Positions 1 through 12,055 of a DNA stretch of 60,256 bases are shown here, piece after piece. The notes under the pieces are model-generated. The model did no database searches. It worked only from the letters and a program-made list of their open reading frames with translations, and had not been told where the DNA came from. The first letter of the stretch is position 1; every line of letters starts with the position of its first letter. The position numbers were made by a program, and so were the translations under genes. Location of the stretch: NCBI GenBank assembly GCA_938075585.1, contig CALJHG010000006.1:1-60256 (forward strand). The letters run 5' to 3'. The stretch is from an uncultured Gammaproteobacteria bacterium (lineage in GTDB: Bacteria > Pseudomonadota > Gammaproteobacteria > Ga0077536).

Positions 1-1
1 T

Positions 2-385
2 TTAGGCATAAAGGGTGGATATGGAAACACCATAGAACTTCAACATGGTGGAAAATACACTACTCTATACGCGCATCTTTCAAGCTATGCTAGAGAGTTA
101 AAAATTAGATCTAAGGTCACGCAAGGTCAGGTTATAGGCTATGTAGGCAAGTCTGGTTTGGCGACCGGCCCGCATCTGCACTATGAATTTAGAGTTAACG
201 GTGAGCATAGAGACCCCTTAACTGTTAAGCTTCCAGCTGAACGGCCCATAAATATTAAGTATAAGAAGGCTTTTGAAGAACGAAAGGGTATGCTGGTCTC
301 GTTACTCAACTATAGTAAAGTCCACGATACTCGAGAGACTAGAAAAATTACTGAGACTATAATCCGGCTATATTCAAAAAGGTAA
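2..385 (+). CDS. M23 family (MepM-like) peptidoglycan endopeptidase, C-terminal part; 5' end outside window
   Basis: Frame 2 is open from the window start: GYGNTIELQHGGKYTTLYAHLS...GQVIGYVGKSGLATGPHLHYEFR (M23 HxH motif). Lies upstream of anmK. Confidence 0.9.
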   Translation, partial: LGIKGGYGNTIELQHGGKYTTLYAHLSSYARELKIRSKVTQGQVIGYVGKSGLATGPHLHYEFRVNGEHRDPLTVKLPAERPINIKYKKAFEERKGMLVSLLNYSKVHDTRETRKITETIIRLYSKR

Positions 386-389
386 AAAA

Positions 390-1532
390 GTGGAAGGAAG
401 CACTCCAAACGATAGGGACGATATCTTTATAGGCCTAATGTCTGGAACTAGTATGGATGGGGTCGATGCAGTTGCAGTAAATTTTGTAGACAACAAATTG
501 TGCTTGATAGCTAGCCTAAAACTGCCTTACCCATCTTCTATAAAAGAAGATCTATTGGAAATAACAGACGTAAGAAATCGATTCCCACTTAAATACATCG
601 CTTGCCTCGATATAACTATAGGCAATTTTTTCGCAACAACAGTGCAACAACTTATAGACGAATCCCAGATAGCTACCGCAAATATCGTTGCAATCGGCTC
701 ACACGGTCAAACTATAAGCCATCATATCGACAAAAAAACTCCATATAGCTGGCAGATAGGAAATCCATCAAACATAGCAATGAAAACTGGTATAACTACT
801 GTTGCAAGTTTCAGAAGCGCGGATGTCGCCTCAGGCGGACAGGGCGCGCCTCTGGTCCCGGCATTTCATGAATATCAATTCGGGTCCGACAACTGTCACC
901 GAGTGATAGTTAATATCGGAGGAATTGCAAATATCTCAATCTTAAAAAAAAATGCTAGCGGCCTTATCGGCTATGATACTGGACCAGGAAACTGCCTAAT
1001 GGACGACTGGTGTCGACTTAATGGCCAGGGAGAATTTGATGAAGCTGGGCGATGGGCGCAGTCAGGAAATACTATTGTGACTCTTTTGGATGAGTTGTTA
1101 AGTGACGCCTACTTCAATCAAAAACTGACGAAAAGCACTGGGAGAGAACTATTTAATCTCCATTATTTAGACAACATTCTTAACACCCGAAAAGAATGGA
1201 GAAATGCCAACCCTCGTGATGTTCAAGCTACTTTGGTTGAGCTTACCTCGCGGTCAATCACCGAGGAAATTAAAAAACATCAATTAGAGCTAACATCAGA
1301 AATTTATATTTGTGGAGGCGGGGCATCAAATAGATTTTTAGTCAAAAAAATCGGTAGAGAATTTCCGTCACAAGAAGTGAAGACCACAGACACCTTAGGC
1401 ATTCATCCTGACTTCGTTGAAGCTGCAGCTTTTGCGTGGCTAGCTAAACAGCGACTTTTAGGGGCACCAATTAAGCTTGTAACTGGTGGCAAACACAATC
1501 AATTAGTGCTTGGAGGCATATATTCAGCGTAA
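390..1532 (+). CDS. anmK: anhydro-N-acetylmuramic acid kinase
   Basis: IGLMSGTSMDGVD, GSHGQT, GGQGAPLVP, NIGGIANIS, DTGPGN, KSTGRELF, EAAAFAWLA. Confidence 0.97.
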   Translation: MEGSTPNDRDDIFIGLMSGTSMDGVDAVAVNFVDNKLCLIASLKLPYPSSIKEDLLEITDVRNRFPLKYIACLDITIGNFFATTVQQLIDESQIATANIVAIGSHGQTISHHIDKKTPYSWQIGNPSNIAMKTGITTVASFRSADVASGGQGAPLVPAFHEYQFGSDNCHRVIVNIGGIANISILKKNASGLIGYDTGPGNCLMDDWCRLNGQGEFDEAGRWAQSGNTIVTLLDELLSDAYFNQKLTKSTGRELFNLHYLDNILNTRKEWRNANPRDVQATLVELTSRSITEEIKKHQLELTSEIYICGGGASNRFLVKKIGREFPSQEVKTTDTLGIHPDFVEAAAFAWLAKQRLLGAPIKLVTGGKHNQLVLGGIYSA

Positions 1533-1573
1533 TTTTTTAACAGGTCTAGAGAAAAGATTCTGTCAAAATTCTG

Positions 1574-1915
1574 TTAAACAGAAAATGAAGAGCCGCATCC
1601 ACATGTAGTGGTAGCATTCGGATTTCGTATTACGAACTGCGAACCTTCTAAGCCCTCACTGTAATCAATTTCTGCACCTGACAGGTACTGCACGCTCATC
1701 GGGTCGACAAGCAATTTAACACCGCCATTGGAAACTATGGTGTCGCCTTCGCCTTCCTCTTGGTCAAACGTAAACCCATATTGGAAACCTGAGCACCCTC
1801 CCCCAGATATAAACACCCTCAGCATGAGGCTATCATCTCCCTCCTCATTTATGAGTTCTTTTACCTTATGAGCCGCCGAATCGGTAAATACTAGTGTTTC
1901 TACAGCAATGTCCAT
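1574..1915 (-). CDS. erpA: iron-sulfur cluster insertion protein ErpA
   Basis: [11 protein letters not shown] and C-terminal TTCGCGSSF; convergent with anmK. Confidence 0.95.
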   Translation of the reverse strand: MDIAVETLVFTDSAAHKVKELINEEGDDSLMLRVFISGGGCSGFQYGFTFDQEEGEGDTIVSNGGVKLLVDPMSVQYLSGAEIDYSEGLEGSQFVIRNPNATTTCGCGSSFSV

Positions 1916-1977
1916 TGTTATTCTCTATCAGTAGTTTCTGTTTAATGTGTCTATTGTTGTCTCAAATTCTATTAAAA

Positions 1978-2400
1978 TCAATCACTTTCTTGAGGAACGC
2001 CTCCGTAATCTAAAGAAAGCGCAGGCCTTTCTTCGTCAGTGATCCGAACTAATTTCCCATTGACCTCGGCACCAATAGCCATTTCCATCAACCCATAATA
2101 CACGTCTCCCTCAACTCGGGCGCTAGATGCAAGCGCTATTTGTTCTGACGCACGAACGTCTCCTTTAACTAATCCGCTAAGTAAAACGCACTCGACTTGT
2201 ACTTCACCTTCGATAGTTCCACGCTCGCTTACAGTCAAGCATGAATACCCGCCATCGTCAGAACAAACTGTACCTTTAATAGTACCATCGACATGCATTC
2301 CACCACTAAATTTCACATCACCAGTCAGGACACTGTTCCCTCCAACTAGGGAATCTATTTTACCCGGCTTTCGCTTTTTATTTTTGCGCCACATTTTCAT
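1978..2400 (-). CDS. bactofilin (polymer-forming cytoskeletal protein)
   Basis: Beta-helix repeats GDVKFSGGMHVDGTIKG...IEGEV...VKGDV...VEGDV; upstream of erpA. Confidence 0.9.
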   Translation of the reverse strand: MKMWRKNKKRKPGKIDSLVGGNSVLTGDVKFSGGMHVDGTIKGTVCSDDGGYSCLTVSERGTIEGEVQVECVLLSGLVKGDVRASEQIALASSARVEGDVYYGLMEMAIGAEVNGKLVRITDEERPALSLDYGGVPQESD

Positions 2401-2566
2401 TCCTTATACACTAGCAACCATGGATAGCTAAAGAATTTAAAGTTTACCTTCTTTTCGGTTAGTGTTCATCTTTATCCTATAAATTATTTGGGCGAAGTAA
2501 GGTATTATCTTTTACAGCAATACACATCTTGCCATACAAATGAAAATATTAATGAAGCGTTAAGCT

Positions 2567-3007
2567 ATGTACCTATTGTTAAAGTCCTTACATTTAATCT
2601 TTGTAGTTACATGGTTCGCAGGCTTATTTTACCTTCCGCGCTTATATGTGTATCACTCTGCCTCACTAGACAAGACTGGCATCCAACGATTCGAGTTGAT
2701 GGAAAAAAAATTATACTACGGCATCATGTGGCCCAGTATGCTCCTAACGTTATGCACCGGAACTGGTCTTATCGTTATTAACGGCATGCCTTGGGCTTCG
2801 CAATCGTCTTGGCTGCAAATAAAAATACTTATAGTCATTTCTTTGTGCATCTATCAGTTATATTTAGGGTGGCTCCGAAAGGTTTTTGTTCTAAAAGCAA
2901 ACAAGCATGGACATATTTTCTACCGGTGGCTAAATGAGGCGCCGGTCATCGCCCTAATTGCGATAATATTTCTAGCAGTATTTAAGCCGTCATTGTGGGG
3001 TACGTGA
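2567..3007 (+). CDS. hemJ: protoporphyrinogen IX oxidase HemJ
   Basis: KSLHLIFVVTWFAGLFYLPRLYVYH, MEKKL, RWLNEAP, LAVFKP. Confidence 0.93.
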   Translation: MYLLLKSLHLIFVVTWFAGLFYLPRLYVYHSASLDKTGIQRFELMEKKLYYGIMWPSMLLTLCTGTGLIVINGMPWASQSSWLQIKILIVISLCIYQLYLGWLRKVFVLKANKHGHIFYRWLNEAPVIALIAIIFLAVFKPSLWGT

Positions 3008-3018
3008 GAGACGCGCAT

Positions 3019-3801
3019 ATGGTTCACAACGAATCAAAACTCGGAAACGTACTAATTGTATCAGCACACGATCCTAGCGGCGCTGGCCTGCAAGCAGATA
3101 TAGAAACATGTCAGGCGCTCAACTGTTACCCCGCTACTATTGTGACTGGATTAACGACCCAAAATACAAGAAAATTATCTAGTATTAAAAATGTCAGTGC
3201 CCATGACTTCAAGGCACAACTGGAAATGTTGCTCGAAGAATTCGAGCCCGGAGTTTGCAAAGTTGGGCTAATAAATTCAACCGACTTGATGGCCACTTTG
3301 GGTAACGTAATTAGAGAAAAACTGCCAGGTATCCCTTTAGTGATAGACCCTATACTTGGCAGTGGGTCTGGGGCGAAACTGTTTACCGAAGAAATAGTTG
3401 AAGGGTATCTCCAGCATCTAACCCCTCTAACCGAAATCATGACGCCTAATCTGGCCGAATTGCGTCTTTTAAGTAACAGTAAAGATGTCGTGTCTGGCGT
3501 CGATTATTTACTAGGTAAGGGATGTAAAAATGTATTAGTGACTGACACAAATCCAGAGAAAGAAATTATCACTAACCACTTATTCTCAAAAGTTTACGAA
3601 CAGGAGACTTATGAAATGGAGCGCTACCGAGGAGAGTATCATGGTACCGGATGTACGCTAAGCTCCGCGGTTGCCTGCCGCTTAGCAACCGGAATGGACA
3701 TCGGAAGCGCTGTACGATCTGCACAAAAATACGCTCATTCAGCAGTACAATTTGCTCATAACTTTGGATGGTGTCAAAAAATCCCCAATCGATTCTTCTA
3801 A
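3019..3801 (+). CDS. thiD: hydroxymethylpyrimidine/phosphomethylpyrimidine kinase
   Basis: DPSGAGLQADI, TPNLAE, HGTGCTLSSA. ATG at 3019 preferred over the overlapping GTG at 2995. Confidence 0.9.
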   Translation: MVHNESKLGNVLIVSAHDPSGAGLQADIETCQALNCYPATIVTGLTTQNTRKLSSIKNVSAHDFKAQLEMLLEEFEPGVCKVGLINSTDLMATLGNVIREKLPGIPLVIDPILGSGSGAKLFTEEIVEGYLQHLTPLTEIMTPNLAELRLLSNSKDVVSGVDYLLGKGCKNVLVTDTNPEKEIITNHLFSKVYEQETYEMERYRGEYHGTGCTLSSAVACRLATGMDIGSAVRSAQKYAHSAVQFAHNFGWCQKIPNRFF

Positions 3802-3814
3802 AAAGTACCTACCT

Positions 3815-4447
3815 ATGAAATTCAGAAAAAATGGGGTTTATTGGCTGACACCTAGCGGTATTCAAGATACTAAAAAGCTCGTTTCACTTGCAAGGCAAGT
3901 AATGAGCGGTGGAGCATCTATGGTTCAGTACCGTCAAAAGAATTTAAACACTTCACAAAAACGTCATCAAGCGTTGCAATTAAAAAAAGTCTGTGTCGCT
4001 TATAGAGTCCCGTTTATTATCAATGATTCTGTTGATCTTGCGTTAGCTGTGGATGCCGATGGTGTTCATATAGGTAAATCAGACTCCTCCTTGAAGATGG
4101 CCCGCGACAATCTTGGAGACCACAAAATAATCGGTGTATCCTGCTATAATGACATTGATAGAGCGCAGGATATGTTAGATAACGGTGCCGACTATGTTGC
4201 GTTTGGTCGCTTTTATCCATCTTTAACGAAACCGGAAGCACCTATGTGTTCGCCCGAAGTCTTAAAAGTTGCGGGGGAACAATTCTCATCATCAATTGTC
4301 GCGATAGGAGGCATAAACTTGGATAATGCCTCCTATCTTATTAATAATGGGGCAACGCATATAGCGATCGTCGATGCGATATCACAAGCTAAATGCCCTT
4401 ATTTGGCTACAAAACGTTTATCAGGATTATTTAAAAAAAATTTATGA
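3815..4447 (+). CDS. thiE: thiamine phosphate synthase
   Basis: VQYRQK, FIIND, ADGVHIG, IIGVSCY, ADYVAFG, SLTKP, VAIGGI. ATG at 3815 chosen as start. Confidence 0.93.
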   Translation: MKFRKNGVYWLTPSGIQDTKKLVSLARQVMSGGASMVQYRQKNLNTSQKRHQALQLKKVCVAYRVPFIINDSVDLALAVDADGVHIGKSDSSLKMARDNLGDHKIIGVSCYNDIDRAQDMLDNGADYVAFGRFYPSLTKPEAPMCSPEVLKVAGEQFSSSIVAIGGINLDNASYLINNGATHIAIVDAISQAKCPYLATKRLSGLFKKNL

Positions 4448-5727
4448 GTAACAGATCTAAAAGCCTCTTTGAAGCGGCGCTCGCGGTAATGCCTGGGGGA
4501 GTGAATTCACCAGTGCGAGCGTTCAATAACCTGCGAGATAACCCTATCTACTTCACAGAAGGTAATGGGCCTTATTTATTTGATGTTGATGGCAAACGAT
4601 ATGTCGACTATGTTGGGAGTTGGGGACCTGCGATAGCAGGGCATTCGCATCCTGAAGTTGTTTCAGCTGTGAGAACTCAACTTGAATCTGGTCTTAGCTT
4701 TGGGGCTCCTACGGAGATTGAAACCGTTTTAGCCGAAAAAATTATCAAATTAGTCCCATCTGCGGAAAAACTACGCATGACAAGTTCCGGTACCGAAGCG
4801 GCCATGAGTGCTATTCGTCTTGCACGAGGATACACAAATCGTGAGTTGATAATTAAATTTGAAGGATGTTACCACGGACATGGGGACTCATTGCTAGTAA
4901 AAGCGGGTTCAGGTGCCATGACTACCGGAGTCCCAGACTCGGCAGGCGTCCCGAAGGATTTAGCTAGCAAAACCATAACTTTAACTTATAATGATATTTC
5001 TGGCACAATTAACGCGTTTAAAAAACTTGGTGGAAATATAGCTGCAGTAATAGTAGAACCTATAGCGGGTAATATGGGTTGCATACCACCGGTGCCCGGA
5101 TTTTTAGAAACATTACGCGAACTAACCTCAACTAACGAAGCTCTGCTTATCTTCGATGAAGTTATGACGGGTTTTCGCGTGGGACTAGGCGGTGCTCAAA
5201 AGTTATTTAAAATAACGCCAGATCTCACAGTTTTAGGGAAGATTATCGGGGGAGGACTTCCGGTAGGGGCGATTACTGGCAAAGCCCAAATCATCGATTT
5301 TTTCGCTCCGATTGGCCCCGTCTATCAAGCTGGCACTCTATCTGGAAATCCTCTGGCAATGGCAAGTGGTCTAGCAACAATTGAATTAGTCAGTAGGAAA
5401 GATTTCCATAAAAAGCTTGAATTGAGCACCGCCAAATTATCCCAAGGGCTAGAATCCCTGGCCAAAAAAAAAGGCGTGGACTTATGTGTCAACCACGTAT
5501 GCGGAATGTTTGGAATTTTTTTCTCTGATCAAAAAATGATTAGTAACCTAGAAGATGTCAAAAACTGTGATGAAAAAAAGTTTAAATCTTTCTTTAATAT
5601 TATGCTCGAAAATGGCATAAATCTGGCTCCTTCAAGGTTTGAAGCTGGATTTATTTCATCTGCACACGGAGAAGAGGAAATAGCGGAGACACTGCGCGCG
5701 GCAGAGTTGGCGTTTAGCATGCTATAA
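4444..5727 (+). CDS. hemL: glutamate-1-semialdehyde 2,1-aminomutase
   Basis: PGGVNSPVRAF, SGTEA, FEGCYHGH, FDEVMTGFR, GKIIGGGLP, YQAGTLSGNP. Confidence 0.98.
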   Translation: MSNRSKSLFEAALAVMPGGVNSPVRAFNNLRDNPIYFTEGNGPYLFDVDGKRYVDYVGSWGPAIAGHSHPEVVSAVRTQLESGLSFGAPTEIETVLAEKIIKLVPSAEKLRMTSSGTEAAMSAIRLARGYTNRELIIKFEGCYHGHGDSLLVKAGSGAMTTGVPDSAGVPKDLASKTITLTYNDISGTINAFKKLGGNIAAVIVEPIAGNMGCIPPVPGFLETLRELTSTNEALLIFDEVMTGFRVGLGGAQKLFKITPDLTVLGKIIGGGLPVGAITGKAQIIDFFAPIGPVYQAGTLSGNPLAMASGLATIELVSRKDFHKKLELSTAKLSQGLESLAKKKGVDLCVNHVCGMFGIFFSDQKMISNLEDVKNCDEKKFKSFFNIMLENGINLAPSRFEAGFISSAHGEEEIAETLRAAELAFSML

Positions 5728-5732
5728 ACGCC

Positions 5733-6299
5733 CTAAAGTTGTCCTTCTGTAAATAGTCCGACTCTTAGATTCTTTCCTTCGTATATTTTTTCTCCGTCAA
5801 CTTCCATTGTCGCGTCAGCAATTCCCATTACTAGGGCTCTAGAAATGACTCGCCTTACATCTACCGTATAGCGTACAACCTTCTGATCTGGTGTAACTTG
5901 ACCGGTGAACTGAATATCGCTGCCGCCTAATGCCCTGCCTCTCCCCAGACCACCTCTCCACGCTAAATAAAATCCTACAAGCTGCCACATAGCGTCTAAA
6001 CCTAGGCAACCAGGCATAACTGGATCACCTTCAAAATGACAACCAAAAAACCACAGTTCAGGTTTAATATCCAGTTCTGCAGTTACTATTCCTCGCCCAT
6101 ATTTCCCAGAAACACTGTCGATATGTGTAATTCTATCGAACATAAGCATAGGCGGCGCCGGTAGCTGAGCGTTACCGGGACCGAAAATATCTCCCTGACC
6201 ACATCGAATCAACTCCTCGTAGTTAAATTCCTCCTGATAACCTTGGTCTCTTACGATGGGTGCTTCAGGATTGAGCGGCTCATATTTTTTTGATGACAT
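5733..6299 (-). CDS. fabA: 3-hydroxyacyl-ACP dehydratase/isomerase FabA
   Basis: [45 protein letters not shown]. Confidence 0.96.
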   Translation of the reverse strand: MSSKKYEPLNPEAPIVRDQGYQEEFNYEELIRCGQGDIFGPGNAQLPAPPMLMFDRITHIDSVSGKYGRGIVTAELDIKPELWFFGCHFEGDPVMPGCLGLDAMWQLVGFYLAWRGGLGRGRALGGSDIQFTGQVTPDQKVVRYTVDVRRVISRALVMGIADATMEVDGEKIYEGKNLRVGLFTEGQL

Positions 6300-6416
6300 A
6301 TAGAATCTTCTTTGGTGAAAAATAGCGGAAAAATTTCCGATAAAAAAGATGATTATCCCATAGATCGATTGTCTTGTAACATAGGACGAACTAGAGCTAC
6401 CGATACGGCATCATAC

Positions 6417-7244
6417 TCAATCTTTCGACACTCTAAATGAAACGTCATTCTGCAAAGACGGTATCATAGACCTCGCAACTGAAGACTTTTCAGGGTAAAT
6501 CTCCGCAGTTATGTAGCCTTCATCTACGCCACCATCTGCCAAAACAACCCCCCAAGGATCGACAATCAATGAGTGGCCGTAAGTTTTTCTACCCCATGGC
6601 CGCACGCCAGTTTGGCCGGGGGCAAAAACATAAGACCCTGTTTCTATCGCCCTACTCCGCACTAACGTATGCCAATGTGCGGCCCCTGTCTTTTCAGTGA
6701 AAGCGGCAGGAATGGAAATAAAACAAGCGCCCGCCTGAGCAAGTGACCGGTAAAGCTCAGGAAACCGAACGTCGTAGCATATAGTCAGACCTAAGCCACC
6801 CCATGGCGTTGTTAATAATCTCGCGTGCTCACCTGGAATTACGTTCTGTGATTCTTTATATTCCTGCCCATCTTTAATAGCCACATCGAATAAATGTATT
6901 TTATCGTAAAAACCAATCTCATGTCCCTTAGCATCAAGCAAAATAGAGCGATTATAAACTTTGCGATTAGACGCCTTCACCGGAATAGAACCTAAAAGCA
7001 ACCAACAGGATAATTCACACGCTAAAGCCTTCGCTTGTACCAATGCAGGATGATATTCCATTTCCCAGCCGCGCGCCCAGTAATCCGAGTCATTGGGCTC
7101 TAACACAGAATAAAATTCTGGCAAGCATATTAACTCAGCGCCAGCGTCAGACGCTCCTCTAACCAAGGTTTCAACTTTCGATATGTTTTCAGCCTGATTG
7201 CTACCAGCAGAATTTTGAATACAAGCAACTTTGAAAGAACTCAA
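6417..7244 (-). CDS. carbon-nitrogen hydrolase (Nit1 / deaminated-glutathione amidase-like)
   Basis: E-K-C triad motifs LPE, YDKIHLFD, ICYDVRFPE; also RAIE and GHSLIVDPWG. Confidence 0.9.
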   Translation of the reverse strand: MSSFKVACIQNSAGSNQAENISKVETLVRGASDAGAELICLPEFYSVLEPNDSDYWARGWEMEYHPALVQAKALACELSCWLLLGSIPVKASNRKVYNRSILLDAKGHEIGFYDKIHLFDVAIKDGQEYKESQNVIPGEHARLLTTPWGGLGLTICYDVRFPELYRSLAQAGACFISIPAAFTEKTGAAHWHTLVRSRAIETGSYVFAPGQTGVRPWGRKTYGHSLIVDPWGVVLADGGVDEGYITAEIYPEKSSVARSMIPSLQNDVSFRVSKD

Positions 7245-7283
7245 AATATCTCCTCATGTCCCCAATGCCAATAATTCTGTGAC

Positions 7284-7763
7284 TTACAGTAGCGCGCTCT
7301 TGGAAATGACTATACCGTCTCTATCAGCATACAAATATTTCCCCGGCTCTATTGTCGCATCAGCGAATCTCAGAGCTACGTCTCTCACTCCTTCGCCGCG
7401 TTTCACACTCTTCCTTGGATTGACCCCTATAGCCTTTACCCCCAAAGCAATATCATTGATTTGAGCAGAATCCCGAATACACCCAAAAACTATTATTCCT
7501 GACCAGCCATTTTCTTTTGCTAGAACGGCTAAGTTATCGCCCACAAGTGCGCACCTAAGCGAACCGCCACCATCTATTACTAAAACCTTATTCTCACCGG
7601 ATCTTTCCAATTCAGCTCTCACTAAAGTGTTGTCTTCAAATACCTTAAGCGTTGCTATCTCTCCCTCAAAAACGGATTGACCACCGTAGTCAGAAAAAAT
7701 CGGTGCTAATACAGTTAGCTCCTCGCCAAAGTCGTCGTATAAATCTGCAGTTGCCATTGTCAT
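7284..7763 (-). CDS. rraA: RraA family protein (RNase E regulator / HMG aldolase-like)
   Basis: TADLYD, FEDNTLV, VLVIDGGGSLRCALVGD, GCIRD, YADRDGI. Confidence 0.9.
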   Translation of the reverse strand: MTMATADLYDDFGEELTVLAPIFSDYGGQSVFEGEIATLKVFEDNTLVRAELERSGENKVLVIDGGGSLRCALVGDNLAVLAKENGWSGIIVFGCIRDSAQINDIALGVKAIGVNPRKSVKRGEGVRDVALRFADATIEPGKYLYADRDGIVISKSALL

Positions 7764-7808
7764 CTCTTAGCCCTCAACTTAGGGTGTACCTGATTTGGGG
7801 ATTCATTA

Positions 7809-9179
7809 TCATTTATTTTTGACCGATTTTTTCCGTTTCATCCAGTCCGAAATCGATTTTTGAGGGACCCTCGAAACCGCGAGACTATTTGCATTTACAT
7901 TATCTGTAATAGTACTCCCGGCACCTACAGTGGAACCAGTACCTATGGTCACGGGGGCGACTAATTGTGACCCCGAGCCAATAAAGACCCCATCTTGTAT
8001 GACAGTTTTATGTTTATTTTCACCGTCATAATTACACGTTATCGTACCTGCGCCGATATTGACTCGTTCACCAACTTCGGTATCGCCAACATAGCTAAGA
8101 TGATTAACTTTACTCATCATACCTATATCGGACTTTTTGATTTCCACGAAATTTCCGATTTTCCCTCTGTCTCCTATGAAAGATTCGGGTCTTAAGTGTG
8201 AGAATGGTCCAACCTGAGCGCCTTTTCCTACAAATGAATTTTGGACGACACAGTTAGGTAGTATTGTTGCTGAAGACGAAATCTCGGAGTCTGAGATGAT
8301 ATTATTAGAACCTATAGTAACGCGGTCACCCAAAACTACCCGGCCCGAAAAAACCGTGTTTACATCAATAAAAACATCTTTCCCGCAAATGAGTTCACCT
8401 CGAACATCAATCCTACTCGGATCTGCGACGGTCACACCGTCTCTCATAAGGTTCTTCACCACCCGTGCCTGAAGGGCTCGCTCGGTTGCCGCAAGTTGGT
8501 TGCGATCATTTACTCCCAAACCCAATAACGCGTCACTTAAAACTACCGACCCGACCTTCTTATTTAATTCGAAGGCAATCTTGATACAATCTGTCAAATA
8601 GTACTCATTCTGACCGTTTCTAGCTCCGATTTTCGGAATAACTTCTTGCAGGAACTCGGCGCTTGCGACCATGATGCCAGTATTTATTTCTTTAATTGAT
8701 CTCTGAGAGTCATCAGCATCGACATCTTCGACAATCGAAGTGATTTTGCCTTCTTTATCTCTGATAATTCGGCCATAGCCATCAGGGTTATCCGAATTAC
8801 TTGTTAGGACCGCAACATCGGAGCGAGATCCGCAATCTATCAATTGAGAAACTATTTCATCTGTTAAAAGTGGAACGTCACCGCTAAGAATCAATACCGC
8901 GCCCTTCTCAGAGAGATGAGGTAAAGCTTGTGCCACGGCATGACCCGTGCCGAATTGTTGCCGTTGCTCCACAAACTCAAGTTGCTCTCCCGCCAGATGT
9001 TCGCGCAACATCTCCTGTTGAGATCCGACTATCACGATTACATTCCCCGTGAGTTTCTTCGCGGTAGTTAGCACATGGTCTATCATCGGCCTACCAGCCA
9101 ATTTTTGCAAAACCTTCGGAAACGCAGAATTCATCCGTCTGCCTTTACCAGCTGCTAAAATTAAAACACTCAAACTCAT
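7809..9179 (-). CDS. glmU: bifunctional UDP-GlcNAc pyrophosphorylase / glucosamine-1-P acetyltransferase
   Basis: ILAAGKGRRM, GTGHAV, EYYLTD, GNFVEIK, HLSYVGD, NYDG; follows atpC. Confidence 0.98.
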   Translation of the reverse strand: MSLSVLILAAGKGRRMNSAFPKVLQKLAGRPMIDHVLTTAKKLTGNVIVIVGSQQEMLREHLAGEQLEFVEQRQQFGTGHAVAQALPHLSEKGAVLILSGDVPLLTDEIVSQLIDCGSRSDVAVLTSNSDNPDGYGRIIRDKEGKITSIVEDVDADDSQRSIKEINTGIMVASAEFLQEVIPKIGARNGQNEYYLTDCIKIAFELNKKVGSVVLSDALLGLGVNDRNQLAATERALQARVVKNLMRDGVTVADPSRIDVRGELICGKDVFIDVNTVFSGRVVLGDRVTIGSNNIISDSEISSSATILPNCVVQNSFVGKGAQVGPFSHLRPESFIGDRGKIGNFVEIKKSDIGMMSKVNHLSYVGDTEVGERVNIGAGTITCNYDGENKHKTVIQDGVFIGSGSQLVAPVTIGTGSTVGAGSTITDNVNANSLAVSRVPQKSISDWMKRKKSVKNK

Positions 9180-9271
9180 AGCTGTCCTATTCCCCTTAAG
9201 TCAACACACTTATCATAGTGCGCATAGCAAACGGGGACAATTACCATATGAAAATGAGTATACTAAACTAA

Positions 9272-9691
9272 TTAACGTCCAGTACGACCGCGAAGTCTTT
9301 GAATAGTCTGCAGTTGAGCTATCGTTTCTGCTAACTCTACTCTAGCCTTGGCATAATCTATAGTGGCATCAGTATCTGCTAACGCAATTTCCGCCGCTTC
9401 TTTAGCTTTCAATACCAATGATTCATCCAAGTCTTCCGCCCGCTCAGCAGTATCCGACAATATCGTTACCACTTTAGGTTGAACTTCCAACAAACCTCCA
9501 GACACGTAAAATGAAGATTCTTCACTATTAGCTAATCTCAGCCGAACTTCGCCGGGCCCAAGACGCGATAACATGGGCGCATGCCCAGGGGCTATTCCAA
9601 CTTCACCCAAAATAGCTGGCGCGAATACCATCTCAGCCTCTCCCGAGAAAATTTCTCTCTCAGCACTCACAATGTCGACTTGAACTGTCAT
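9272..9691 (-). CDS. atpC: ATP synthase F1 epsilon subunit
   Basis: DIVSAE, GEVGIAPGHAP, SGGLLEVQP; operon position. Confidence 0.97.
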   Translation of the reverse strand: MTVQVDIVSAEREIFSGEAEMVFAPAILGEVGIAPGHAPMLSRLGPGEVRLRLANSEESSFYVSGGLLEVQPKVVTILSDTAERAEDLDESLVLKAKEAAEIALADTDATIDYAKARVELAETIAQLQTIQRLRGRTGR

Positions 9692-9709
9692 ATTTTTGCC
9701 CCTAGAGCA

Positions 9710-11107
<1,398 letters not shown>

Positions 11108-11143
11108 TTATAAAAGTTTATGTTGAATAAATACCGCATGAAG

Positions 11144-12001
11144 CTATACCGCCGCCGCGCCACTTACAATTTCAGATAATTCTTGCGTAATTGCCGCCTG
11201 TCTAGCCTTATTATATATAAGTTCTAGCTCATCTATTGCTTTGCCCGCATTATCAGAAGCAGACTTCATCGCCACCATGCGCGCAGCCTGTTCACACGCA
11301 ATATTTTCTACCACTCCTTGGTAGACAAGCGACTCAATATACCGCGTTAAAAGTTGATCCATCACCTCTGGTGCCTCCGGTTCATATATGTAATCCCAAT
11401 GATGCGACAAATCACTGGCCTCCTCGGGAACTAATGGCAATAATTGCTCAAACTTTGGCGATTGGGTCATGCGATTTACAAATTCGTTAGAAACTAAATA
11501 CAATTTATCTAACTTGTTACCGTTATATAATTCCAACATAACGTTTACTGGACCTATTAAGTCTTGTAACTTGGGCGCATCACCCAATTGGGACGCTTGC
11601 GCAGAGATGTTTCCGCCTATTCGAGAAAAGAAACTGGTCCCTTTATTACCAATGAGGCAAAGGTGAAGTTCTTTCCCTTCATCCTCCCATTTCTGGAAAT
11701 TACGCAGAGCCTGCCTAAAAAGATTGCCATTTAAGCCACCGCAAAGACCACGATCAGACGAAACTATTATTAGTCCTATACGCTTCTCATCACGATTCTC
11801 TAAAAAAGGGTGTCGGTACTCTGATTTCGCATGAGCTATATGTGAAACTACCTGCCGCATTTTATCAGCATAAGGTCTAGCACTGGTCATACGATCCTGT
11901 GCTTTTCGCATTTTACTAGCTGCAACCATCTCCATAGCTTTGGTTATTTTTTGAGTGTTTTTAACACTGCCTATCTTAGTGCGGATTTCTTTCGCTGACA
12001 T
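11144..12001 (-). CDS. atpG: ATP synthase F1 gamma subunit
   Basis: [36 protein letters not shown]. Confidence 0.99.
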   Translation of the reverse strand: MSAKEIRTKIGSVKNTQKITKAMEMVAASKMRKAQDRMTSARPYADKMRQVVSHIAHAKSEYRHPFLENRDEKRIGLIIVSSDRGLCGGLNGNLFRQALRNFQKWEDEGKELHLCLIGNKGTSFFSRIGGNISAQASQLGDAPKLQDLIGPVNVMLELYNGNKLDKLYLVSNEFVNRMTQSPKFEQLLPLVPEEASDLSHHWDYIYEPEAPEVMDQLLTRYIESLVYQGVVENIACEQAARMVAMKSASDNAGKAIDELELIYNKARQAAITQELSEIVSGAAAV

Positions 12002-12015
12002 ATCGTTTACCTAAA

Positions 12016-12055
12016 AACAACCAATTACCAAGAGTAACAACCAATTACCAAGAGT
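12016..12055. repeat. exact 20-bp tandem duplication spanning the atpA stop codon
   Basis: AACAACCAATTACCAAGAGT at 12016-12035 and again at 12036-12055. Confidence 0.95.
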
